DNA of 64,000 nucleotides from Cyanidioschyzon merolae (GCA_000091205.1 AP006491.2); one strand, 5' to 3'. Positions 20,996 through 30,222 are shown, counted from the first letter of the stretch. Notes: a model not told the origin generated them from the sequence alone. Numbers and translations are program-made.

Positions 20996-23950
20996 TCACC
21001 AGTCTGCATTTGGATAGAGAAGGCTGTCCCCTTGACTGATATCGCGATCCCTGTACGCGTCCACGGTCTCAAGCGGCTCCGAGTACGCATCCGAGGCGAC
21101 CGGATCAATGACGTCACTGTCGAGCGCGTCCGAGTCCGACAGCAGCGCCTCTGCCGCAGCCAGGCGTGATCGAGCGGGCGCTGCCGACGCACGTCTCGCA
21201 GCTCGCAGGGCTTGTCGCGGACTGGTGACCTCGACAACGGCGGCCGGATTCCCCGTCCGACGCATGGACTGGCGCTTCGCCGCGGCCGGCGACATCGGCC
21301 GCCGCATTGGTCGACTAACACCGCGGATGCCGCTGTGCACGTGAGGATTCCGTCGGCGTATCACGAACGGCCCATCCGCGGAAACAGCATCGATAGGCGC
21401 TGCAGCACGAGCGGCTGTCGGTTTTGGCTCGGCTGCGAGCTTTCCCGATGCCACAGACGCTGCAAGGTCAGCGCGTCCGCGATCGCCTGCCAGCTGTGCA
21501 TCATCTTCGGTCACCAGAACGGTATCCATAGCTTCCAACCGATGCACCAAAGAGCGCAGCTGCTGCTCTAACTCCAATAACGCGGATTTCGGAGGCTGCT
21601 CATAGGCATCGTGCTCCTCATCGGCGCTAGACGCGTTCATTTGCTCGGAATCGTCTTCGGCATCCGTCGCGACGGTGCCGGGTGGCGCAGCGCGCGCCCG
21701 CCGTGCGTGCAATCCGCCGCTCGCGCGTTGCCATGCGTGTCGCCGCTGCAGCGCCATCACGCGTCCGTGCGCCGCTGCCGCCTCCGTGTCATCGAGCGCC
21801 GTGCCGCGTGCTGCAACCGCTGATTCCGAGCGTAGCGCGCGACGTTGCCGCCGCTGGCGATCACGTGGCGGGAAATCGGGGACAGCACGCGACGCGCGCT
21901 GCTGCTGCTGCTGCTGCTGTCGATGACGCCGCTGGTGGCGGCCGATGCGTGCGCCGCTGCACGCATCATCGGCGGACACGTATGCTGCGGATGCATCCGA
22001 GTCGTCGTATCGCGATGCTGCTGAAGCATCGCTGTCGAGCGTTCGGGGCGCAATGAACAGCTTACGCCACCAGCGACCGAAGCGGACACCTACCTCCCAA
22101 AGGCTGTCGTTCAGGGCACGTCGGCGCCGCCGCTCACGACGGTGTCGCTCGGGAGCGCGGCGACTGCGAGCGCGTGAGCGCTCCTCATCGGAGCAGGCAT
22201 TGCGCGCCAGCGGATCGCGATAGCGCCCGGCGCCGTGGCGCACGCTCCCGGTATGGCGCGGGACGTTCTCCGCCAGCGCCGCCTCACGTCGAATGAGCTG
22301 ACGGAGTCGCATGACGCGCGCTATAAGCGCATCGCGATCTCGAGCCAGGGCTGAGCGCTCGCTATGGAGCTGGGCACGCTCCGCGCGTACCGAGTCACGC
22401 TCTTTCTCGATACCACTCAGTTTCTTGAGCAGCAGACGGTGTTCACGACGAGCCTCTTCGAGCTCGGCGCGTATCTGGGCGACATGCAGTGGCGTGCGTC
22501 CGTCGGCGCTCGCGTGCGAGGTATCGCGAGTGCGCGTCGCCGCCTCCTGCCGCGCCTCGTCCATGCGTTCAGGTTTGGCGTCGGCGGTGCGCCCAGGGTC
22601 GTGCGCTTCCTGCTGGACGCCGTTCGCTCCCGCTCCGGTATCGGATGCGGACAGCGGCGGTGGCGGCACCGTGCGCTCACCAGCTGCGGCATTCGATGCA
22701 TCCGGATTCGCTGGCGTCGAAACAGGCCGCCCAGTGTCGTCCGTGGAGAGCGCTGCCGCCGGTGCCGCTGCTGCCACTGCCTCCGTTCCAAGACGCTGCA
22801 GCTCAGGTGCAGCGTTTCCAGCGGCCAGCGCCGGTGCCGGACGTGCCACGCTCGGTGCGCGCGGCGGTGGACCAGCGGGCGATTCTGTCGATGCTGCGGC
22901 TCTGAGTTCCCCGGGCCGCATCGGTGCAGCAGATGCGGTCTGCAGTGCAGTGCCACCAAGCTCATTGTCCGTGGCGAATGCTTGGAATTTTCGGATGAAC
23001 GTGGTGCCAGCAGGAAGCGGCTGCTCTTCTGTCACTCGATCTCTGGCTGCATCCTGAGTTGGACCCGGATTCACTGGCGGTTTGCGCACGCTCGGTCGCG
23101 GGCCAGGCTCGGGTCCCGTCGACGCTTCAATCGTTTGAAAACGTCGACGGAACATCTCTTCGCCCTTGCCTCCGCCGAAAACTGCGCCAGCACCCGCATC
23201 ATTCAGTACCGGTGCCGTACTGGCGGCAGTCTCGACCGCGGCACTCGTCGTTGACGGCGGTCTGTCGTCGGTGCCGGGCGGCCAACGAGCACGCGCACCG
23301 CGCTGCGCCTGCCCGGGGAGCGGTCGTACAGCCGCCGGGGGCGCTCGTGAGCGCTCCCGCTGCGATACGGTGCTGAGCTCGTTCGCAGGCTCGGCTTCGG
23401 TAGGCGCTATACCGAGTTTCTGGTTATGGCGCTCGACTGCACGTTTCCACCTCTGCATCGGGTTGAGATTCTCCTGCTCGAAGGAGTCGTCGGCTTTGCC
23501 GATATTCGTCGCAGTTGCTGCAGCGAGAACTTCCGCTGTAGGTCGTATAACGGATATATTCCCCGCATTAAAAGGACGTAAAGGAGCTGCATTCGGTGCC
23601 CCTGTTGACGCTTCAGATCTGCCAGCGGCGAGCGCCGGTTTGCGAAACACCGATGGCGCACCTGCAGCTGTACCCAGCCGGCTCGTAGGGACGCTTTTCC
23701 CACTAGTCGTGTTCGTCCCATCCCCTTTTGGTGCCGGGGGTTTATTGGCTATGTTCGATGTAGAGAGTGTGCTGTATATCGGTCTCATCCTGTGAGCGAA
23801 GTAAAAGAGAGACGGTGAGAACGCCAAAGCACAACCGGGATCGGTTTGAAAATTTGAATCGGAGGGAAAACGCTGCGGACACCTGCATGCCGATCGATCG
23901 CGCACGCGCGCACCCGTCCGGCGCACGGTGTCGCCGCTGGCAGCGGACAT
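20996..23950 (-). CDS. Hypothetical Ala/Arg/Pro-rich low-complexity protein with a coiled-coil segment and a poly-Gln tract
   Basis: 984-aa ORF with a coiled-coil block (IRAELEEARREHRLLLKKLSGIEKERDSVRAERAQLHSERSALARDRDALIARVMRLRQL) and a QQQQQQQ run. Several overlapping ORFs in other frames of this GC-rich region make the call weak. Confidence 0.3.
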   Translation of the reverse strand: MSAASGDTVRRTGARVRDRSACRCPQRFPSDSNFQTDPGCALAFSPSLFYFAHRMRPIYSTLSTSNIANKPPAPKGDGTNTTSGKSVPTSRLGTAAGAPSVFRKPALAAGRSEASTGAPNAAPLRPFNAGNISVIRPTAEVLAAATATNIGKADDSFEQENLNPMQRWKRAVERHNQKLGIAPTEAEPANELSTVSQRERSRAPPAAVRPLPGQAQRGARARWPPGTDDRPPSTTSAAVETAASTAPVLNDAGAGAVFGGGKGEEMFRRRFQTIEASTGPEPGPRPSVRKPPVNPGPTQDAARDRVTEEQPLPAGTTFIRKFQAFATDNELGGTALQTASAAPMRPGELRAAASTESPAGPPPRAPSVARPAPALAAGNAAPELQRLGTEAVAAAAPAAALSTDDTGRPVSTPANPDASNAAAGERTVPPPPLSASDTGAGANGVQQEAHDPGRTADAKPERMDEARQEAATRTRDTSHASADGRTPLHVAQIRAELEEARREHRLLLKKLSGIEKERDSVRAERAQLHSERSALARDRDALIARVMRLRQLIRREAALAENVPRHTGSVRHGAGRYRDPLARNACSDEERSRARSRRAPERHRRERRRRRALNDSLWEVGVRFGRWWRKLFIAPRTLDSDASAASRYDDSDASAAYVSADDACSGARIGRHQRRHRQQQQQQQRASRAVPDFPPRDRQRRQRRALRSESAVAARGTALDDTEAAAAHGRVMALQRRHAWQRASGGLHARRARAAPPGTVATDAEDDSEQMNASSADEEHDAYEQPPKSALLELEQQLRSLVHRLEAMDTVLVTEDDAQLAGDRGRADLAASVASGKLAAEPKPTAARAAAPIDAVSADGPFVIRRRNPHVHSGIRGVSRPMRRPMSPAAAKRQSMRRTGNPAAVVEVTSPRQALRAARRASAAPARSRLAAAEALLSDSDALDSDVIDPVASDAYSEPLETVDAYRDRDISQGDSLLYPNADW

Positions 23951-24181
23951 GTGCGTCGGTTCATCGCGGGCAGTGGTGTCTATATTGTGCCAGAAATGGA
24001 AACAAGGTACAGTGTTTCATGATGCGCCGTCCCGCAGATGACGTCGCTGGGGGCGTGTCCGTGAAAAGCCGCCTGCGAAGCGGTGTCCGTATTGTTCATC
24101 TAAAAGCAGGTATGTCTAGACGCTGATCGTTGCCCGCGCGCGCCGAGGATCGGGCTCCGCGCGGGACTCGCGCAGTGCCGA

Positions 24182-24880
24182 CTAGGGCTCCATTGGTGCG
24201 CCCGCATCAGGTAGAATGCGATGACGCACGAGCGCTCTGTAATGCTCGGGACGAAAGCGTCTAATGTACTCCGCTAATTTTCCCCGCACGATTGTCTCTG
24301 TCGATGCAATGCCTATCTCATCCGCGAATGACTGAATCAGCGTTTTCGCTGACGCAACGGCCTCCTGCATGATTGGACTGGTTCCGCTAAGCAATCGATC
24401 GTTATCGCGATATAGAACCAGTACTTCAATTTCGCCAACGGTGTAACCGTAATCCGTCCGATCCAGATCGATGTTCAAGGTCTGCCCGCGATAAACGACT
24501 TGTAAAGTTTCGCGCTCTGTCACGATCCGGGCAAACGGTGCTATGCGGCCTTCCCGAAGAGCCGTGTCCGGGCTCCACCCGAGCGCAGCCTCCACGTCTG
24601 CGAACTCGTCCAACTCTCGGTAAGTGTCCAGCGTAGCTGTGCGTGGCGTTTTTCCCCAAGGTATTTTGAGCTGCCACTGCAGCTCACGTTGCCGTAGCCA
24701 CCAGTCGCGCAGTGTTAGCGCCCAGGCATCTGGTACGTCAAAATAGGTATCCGTAAAGCAGGCAGTACGCAGCCGACGTTTCTCTGACACGATCGACGTC
24801 GACTCGAGCCTCTCCAGCAACCGTTGGGTCAGTTCTGGAGACAGCACAAACTTGCGCTCTACTTCAATGCTAGCCGTCAT
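24182..24880 (-). CDS. CYTH-domain protein (thiamine-triphosphatase / CyaB-like triphosphate tunnel metalloenzyme)
   Basis: Starts MTASIEVERKFVLSPELTQRLLE, which carries the N-terminal ExExK CYTH signature, followed by acidic beta-strand motifs (TDTYFDVPD...GYTVGEIEVLV). I chose the start at the ATG at 24880; the upstream part of the ORF is low-complexity. Confidence 0.55.
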   Translation of the reverse strand: MTASIEVERKFVLSPELTQRLLERLESTSIVSEKRRLRTACFTDTYFDVPDAWALTLRDWWLRQRELQWQLKIPWGKTPRTATLDTYRELDEFADVEAALGWSPDTALREGRIAPFARIVTERETLQVVYRGQTLNIDLDRTDYGYTVGEIEVLVLYRDNDRLLSGTSPIMQEAVASAKTLIQSFADEIGIASTETIVRGKLAEYIRRFRPEHYRALVRHRILPDAGAPMEP

Positions 24881-25126
24881 GGAGCAGGCGAGCGGACCAA
24901 CTCCAACCGGCCTGCGCAGTTTCGCGTACCCCCAGCAGACACTTCGGAAACGCCCGACAAACAGCCGCTCCTGGCGTCCCGGGTGCGAAACGCCTCGCGC
25001 ACACAGACGCGTTCGTGCTGCACACCCGTGTCGACTTGAGCTCGCGGGCGCAACGAAGCCAGCCAGACTCGGTCTCGAATCAGCAAAGAGGTACCCCTCG
25101 CCAAACGCCATTCTTAAGTCGAACGA

Positions 25127-25860
25127 CGCCAGCGGTGTACAGTAGTGGCGACCGGGCCGCCCTAGAAGAAATGTCTCCGACTGATGTGCAGAAGCCTGCC
25201 CGTCTTTTTGGACCGGCCACCTACTACTGCTTCAAACTTTTTCTCATATAGTTTAACTTTGAGCGGTTTTCCAACCAAATTCTCTATCGTCGACCCGAGA
25301 GGTCTTTCCTCTCTCACCGCACATTTCCTTATATTGATTGCGGCGTTAAAGTCTCGGTTCACAAACTCCATACGTTTCTTGCCATTGATTGTACTTACTA
25401 ACGCAAGCAATCCTCGAACTTTCGCTATCCTTTCCATTTGCTCTTCTGTCAGCGGTCCGTACTTTTTTTATATCCTCAGGTCCCCGCTGGCACTTTTCCA
25501 TCTCGACCCTCTGAAGTGTACAGCCCAGTTCATGGTGTGTATACAATGCTCGAAATCCATCTACCGGTATTATAACAAAACGCCGTGCGCACTCCTTATA
25601 CGTTCTCGTCGTGGGATCTGGTGTACACCCTTGTTGGGTCGTCCAGCGCCTTGCTTCGTACGCTACTACGAGCCTTTGACTTTCATCCTCCTTCAAGGCA
25701 CTCAACTCACTGAAAAAAAAATGCGAATGCCCGATACTCCCTACATTATAGATTCATGCGGAGATCAAACTGCCCGCCATCCGAGATTGCATGTACGGAT
25801 CTCAGCGCTCGCGTCGGAAGCATCGGCAGTGGACGAGCGCCTTGTTGTGCACTGCCTGTC
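25127..25860 (-). pseudogene. Inverted, frameshifted fragment of the TnpB/Fanzor-like nuclease 3' region (RuvC-III end) plus its ~160-bp 3' flank
   Basis: Minus-strand ORFs 25346..25705 and 25162..25437 together reproduce [53 protein letters not shown]...PEDIKK...[19 protein letters not shown] from the full copy at 29.5-30.0 kb. They sit in two different frames because of 1-bp indels, and amino-acid identity is about 80%. Homology to the reverse complement of 29480..30132 starts sharply at 25127. Confidence 0.75.
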
Positions 25861-25891
25861 CACTGGACACGCAAGGTACTTTCGTCGGAAC

Positions 25892-27904
25892 ATGGGCGTT
25901 GAGAATGCTTTAGGCGGTTTCATAGTAACGAATACCTTCAGCGGTAGCGGTGTACGTTTCGTCGTACGGAACCGGAGCCAGTGCAACTCGCTGGTGGTGC
26001 CTGGGTTCCGCGCGAGGCGGCGTACGCGCTGCGGAGCACTTGCTCGCGTACGGGGGACAGATTCGGCGCCAGAGGGTACCCCCGACGCCGAAGCGAGGCA
26101 CCGTCCCAAGCCTGGTGAGCGAGGGCTCTTCCCGCTCGTTGCACCGCGTGAGGATATCGGGCGCTATTTCGTTGGAGAGCGTCGGATTTTGGACGAACGC
26201 ACAGCGCGCTATCCGCTACGCTCGACGGTAGAGGAAGTGCTGGCGGGCATTACGGTGGCGATGGCGCTGCTGCCTGCGGCGGTGTCTTGCGCGTTGGCCA
26301 CGGGCGTGCCGCCGCTCGCTGGAATCGTCTCGACTGGTCTCCTGTGTGCGATAACTGCCGCACTGGGAGGACGCCCTGGCATGATCTCAGGAACATCTGC
26401 AGCGCTCATTATTCTGCAAGCGCCTCTCTATCAACAGTACGGCGCAGCAGCGGTCGCTGCCGCCGTGGTGCTCAGCGGTATACTCCAGCTTTTCTTCGGG
26501 ATCTATCGTTTGGGAAAGTTTGTGCGGCTGATATCGTACCCTACCTTTCTGGGATTCATCAGCGGCATCGCCATCTTGACGGCGACAAGTCAGGTCTATG
26601 CGTTTCAGCTTCCAGCGGGAACCGGGCTGAGCCCGGGCGCACCCTGGCTCCAGGGTAACATGTTGCGTGCAGCGTTGATCGTCGCAGCGCTCGCCGCTGG
26701 AGTCGCCCATGTATGGCCCTTGATCATTCAGCGACTACAGCGCCGGCGCCCCGATAGTACCCATCGGTGGCAGCACCGCCTCGCTGAGCTGTTGCGTTGG
26801 CTCCCAAGCCCACTAGCGGGCATCCTCGTGGCATCCATTTATGCGGAGGTGACGCAAGCGCCTGTGCGGCGGCTTGGCGACTTTTTGCGCGACACGCTGG
26901 CACAGTCAGGGGCCATTGGCGTATCCTGGGCAGCCCTGCCGTCAACACCGCTGGCATGGATGGCCATTCTGAGCACCGCGCTTGGTCTCGCATTCATCGG
27001 TCTTTTGGAATCTCTGTTAACCATGACTTTGGTAGACGAAGTCACGGAATCGAGGGGTAGCACGCGTCGGGAGTGTCTAGCGCTTGGGGCAGGGAATATC
27101 GCCGCGGGCTTATTCGGTGGCGTGGGCGGCTGCGGCCTCCTGGGCCAGTCGCTCCTGAACACGAAATCAGGGGGACGCGGGCGTCTCTCTGGACTGACTG
27201 CGGCGCTGTGTCTTCTCGTGTTGGCGAGAAATCCGAGCGGACTGATGATTCGGATTCCCGTCCCAGCCATTGCAAGCCTTATGGTGCTGGTGGCGCTGGG
27301 CTCGTTCGAATGGGCATCGCTGCGCTTGTTTCGTGCCATACCTCTCGCTGATTCGCTGACCATTGTGAGCGTTGCCCTGATGACTGTAGCAACGCGCAAC
27401 GTCGCCCTGGCGGTCCTGTTTGGTGTGGTATTCTCGGCGCTGGTCTTTGCCTATAAAGCGTCGCGACGCATTACCGCCCAGAGCTTTATTTCGGAGGACG
27501 AGCAAACGCGCGGATGGCGGGGATACCGGATTGACGGTCCGCTGTTCTTTGGCACGGCGGAGCGCTTCAGTCGTCTGTTCGACCCAGCACGGGATCGTGC
27601 CGAAGGCCATGAGCACGTGATCATCGACTTCTCTGGTAGCCGCATCTGGGACGCGACAGCGCTAGAGGCGCTAGACTCCCTAGCCCGTCAGTATAGGAGC
27701 TATGGTATTCGGCTGCATCTGTGGGGTCTGTCTCGAGATAGCGCACGTCTGCTGCGCGAGGCACGCGCCTACATCGACGAGAGTGTCACGAACGAGAAAG
27801 CGCTCTACTTGTACGAGCGGGTTGTAGCCGACTATCCCACAAACGATAGTCTAGAGGTTGAGTACGAGCTTTTCGCGAAAAGAGAATCGGGGAATGCAGC
27901 GTAA
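25892..27904 (+). CDS. SulP/SLC26-family sulfate (anion) permease with C-terminal STAS domain
   Basis: VEEVLAGITVAMALLPAAVSCALATGVPPLAGIVSTGLLCAITAALGGRPGMISGTSAALIIL is the SulP N-terminal signature. About 10 further TM segments follow, then a STAS-like end (YRIDGPLFFGTAERF...HVIIDFSGSRIWDATALEAL). The stop is TAA. I chose the start at the ATG at 25892, because the 5' 236 codons of the long ORF are antisense to the Fanzor-like fragment. Confidence 0.8.
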   Translation: MGVENALGGFIVTNTFSGSGVRFVVRNRSQCNSLVVPGFRARRRTRCGALARVRGTDSAPEGTPDAEARHRPKPGERGLFPLVAPREDIGRYFVGERRILDERTARYPLRSTVEEVLAGITVAMALLPAAVSCALATGVPPLAGIVSTGLLCAITAALGGRPGMISGTSAALIILQAPLYQQYGAAAVAAAVVLSGILQLFFGIYRLGKFVRLISYPTFLGFISGIAILTATSQVYAFQLPAGTGLSPGAPWLQGNMLRAALIVAALAAGVAHVWPLIIQRLQRRRPDSTHRWQHRLAELLRWLPSPLAGILVASIYAEVTQAPVRRLGDFLRDTLAQSGAIGVSWAALPSTPLAWMAILSTALGLAFIGLLESLLTMTLVDEVTESRGSTRRECLALGAGNIAAGLFGGVGGCGLLGQSLLNTKSGGRGRLSGLTAALCLLVLARNPSGLMIRIPVPAIASLMVLVALGSFEWASLRLFRAIPLADSLTIVSVALMTVATRNVALAVLFGVVFSALVFAYKASRRITAQSFISEDEQTRGWRGYRIDGPLFFGTAERFSRLFDPARDRAEGHEHVIIDFSGSRIWDATALEALDSLARQYRSYGIRLHLWGLSRDSARLLREARAYIDESVTNEKALYLYERVVADYPTNDSLEVEYELFAKRESGNAA

Positions 27905-28399
27905 AGACAACGGGCATCGCTAGAGGGCATCGCAGAGGAGCAACGGACCCCCGCAGGGCGCGAGCGGGTCGTGCGCTCGCTCCTGTATCATTTTCGGTGC
28001 CGTTTGGTTACATCCGCTTACGCAGATCGATAAGTCGAAACAGACAGCGGTGATTGCCAAGCATCGCGTCGTTCCTGTGCGCCCGAACGGAGATGTTGTC
28101 AGCGTTCCGCTCCGCAACGTTCCATCCATTGCACCGAAGTGCGCCCCGTCGACAACACATTCCAGCGTGGGATCAGGCGCACGAAGTTTCCCTGGCACAG
28201 CAGCAGTGACGGACATCAAAACAGTCGAGGTTTCGGAAGCGTTTTCGACAGGACCTTGATTTGTCGCCTGATGCTTGGCACAGGGGAAACGCGGAGGGGA
28301 AATGAGCGGGTTCATGCCCTCCACGAGAATCACGCCGAGTACCGCCCTGAGGGTACTCGATTCAGGGGTGATTCGGATCTTTAAACCTACGGGACGATC

Positions 28400-30132
28400 A
28401 AGTACCATACGGACCTGAAGAACCATTTGACGATGAACCTCGAACGCTTCATGAAACGCTCCGTCTATGCACTCTACCCGGGCATCGCTCGCAAAGGAAT
28501 ATGGGCGATTATCAATGGCATCACGAAGGATTGCCAGAATGAACAGGAGATCGAATTCTTCGACAAGAAGACATCACGCAGGAGAAAGAATGAAGCTCCT
28601 GTAATCCATTGGGTTATACAAGAGCATCGTGCCGTACTGGGGCTGGCGAACCCAACAGAAAAGTTATCAGAGATGAAAAAAAGATAAGAAAAGATACGAT
28701 CGCCTCATCCTGCGCTATTTCGTGTTCCTGGACCAAGGACTGGAACGCGAGGCATAGATGAAGCTGAGTGAGGAGAAAAATGATGCGTCGGAGAAACGAA
28801 AGGCTTTCCTAATGGGGAAGCACCCTAACGTCGTTCCGTTGAACAACATCGAGTCACACTGTGTGACTATCGACTCCAGAGTCCTTCAAGGCATCATGAA
28901 GGAGATCAGTCCCGAGTTCGATGTTAGCAGGGAGGAGTTCTCCGGTGAAAATCGGGAGATGTACGGGAAGAACATCTTCGATGTCAATCGTCTCAAAGTG
29001 AGCAAATAAAAGGTATTCGCTGGGATGATCGAAACCGATGGAGTAGCCATGTGTGTACAGTATCGGAGGTTGAAGGTGGATCGTCCCATCGCGCCTTGGG
29101 CTTCGCCCGTGACGAAGCATGAAGATAAGATGGAGATGGGCCCTGAAACGTGTAATCCCCAGGATAACGACCTTGTCGTTGGCGCGGACCCCGGGAACAC
29201 GAATATCGTAACCATCGCAGTACCCAAGCGTGCGGAAGATGGCATTGACGGTAACTTGCCTCAGAAAGACATGCGTCTGTTGAGATTCTCGAGAGCGAGA
29301 TACCATCGAGAATCGGGAATCATGAATGCAAGCAAGAAAATCGAGACGTAGAATGCAGGAATGAAAGAGCACCTGGAAGCTATGACCAAGTTGACTAGCC
29401 GAGGAGCGGACTCGGAAGCTTTTCGGAAATTCATGGAAGTTCGTGTTGCTCACTGGAAGGCGCTGTGGAAAGAGTATACAAAGTCCCGGTAGGCTTGTCT
29501 GCGTATGAGTCTATTCCGTGGGATGCAGCGGGCGTTCGCAAACTTTTTCAATGGGTTGAGCGCCTTGAAGGAGGACGCAAGTCAGAGGCTCCTGGTAGCA
29601 CACGGAGCAGGGCGCTGGAAGACCCGAAAAGGATGTACACCAGCTCCAACGACAAGAACGTACATGGAGTGCGCAAGGCGTTTCGTTACGATACCGGTAG
29701 ATGAGTTTCGAGCGTCCTATACGTACCATGAACTGGGGTGTACGCTCCAGAGAGTCGAGATAGAAGAGTGCCAGCGGAGCCCTGAAGATATAAAAAAGTA
29801 CGGACGGCTGGCGGAAGAGCAAATGGAAAGGAGGGCGAATGTTCGAGGACTACTTGCATCAGTAAGAACAACCAATGGCAAGAAACGTATGGATTTTGTG
29901 AACCGAGACTTTAACGCAGCCGTCAATATAAGGAGATGTGCGGTGATGGAAAGAAGACCTCCAGGATGAACAAGAGTGAACTTTGTTGGACAATCATCTA
30001 AAGTGGAACTATATGAGAAAAAGTTGAAACGAGTAGTAGGTGGCCGGTCGAAAAACCTGGGAGGCGTCTGCACATCAGTTGGGGACGTCTTGTCTAGGGC
30101 GGGTTTCCCGCCACTACTGTGCACCGCTGGCG
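28400..30132 (+). mobile_element. TnpB/Fanzor-like (OMEGA-type) element: nuclease gene plus a conserved 3' terminal non-coding region; the left boundary is approximate
   Basis: Sampled stretches here are 53-57% GC, about 4 points below the window average, with A-rich Lys codons. The nuclease ORFs run 28427..29969. The conserved 3' flank 29970..30132 is also present, inverted, at 25127..25290, and homology breaks sharply at 30132. Confidence 0.65.
28427..29969 (+). CDS. TnpB/Fanzor-like RuvC-fold nuclease (putative RNA-guided endonuclease); the reading frame is interrupted, so it is possibly a pseudogene
   Basis: RuvC-I-like motif [17 protein letters not shown] in ORF 29025..29351. C-terminal region [57 protein letters not shown]...[23 protein letters not shown], with the TnpB/Fanzor VDEyRTS-like and RuvC-III DxNAAxNI signatures. 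28758..29969 is a single frame broken by in-frame TAA (29007) and TAG (29349, 29490). The N-terminal Lys-rich ORF 28427..28687 is in another frame. Confidence 0.6.
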
Positions 30133-30222
30133 GCAGCGTTTTTCTTTGAAAGGCGTGCGGTGTGCGCAGCATATCGACATAGTTCGTTATCGTGCACCAT
30201 AGTCTCTGTTCACTGCACCGGC

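Noticed and set aside
21100-23400. Stack of overlapping plus-strand ORFs (21108.., 21675.., 21682.., 22311.., 22364.., 22489..) opposite the 984-aa minus-strand ORF
   Set aside because: GC content is extreme here, so all six frames stay open. The products are Arg/Ala/Cys-rich nonsense. At most one strand is coding, and the minus-strand ORF with a coiled-coil block is the better candidate.
25184-25891. N-terminal 236 codons of the 906-aa plus-strand ORF 25184..27904, which would extend the SulP permease
   Set aside because: This stretch is the antisense strand of the inverted Fanzor-like fragment. The minus-strand frames carry the recognisable nuclease motifs. The SulP homology only starts after the ATG at 25892, so I treated the extension as an open antisense frame..
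29349-29492. Reassigned genetic code (TAG as sense codon) as an explanation for the in-frame TAGs in the nuclease gene
   Set aside because: ABCE1 (stop at 38550-38552) and RPS23 (stop at 42880-42882) both terminate with TAG exactly where their conserved C-termini end. The conserved host genes contain no internal TAG. So TAG is a true stop in this genome.
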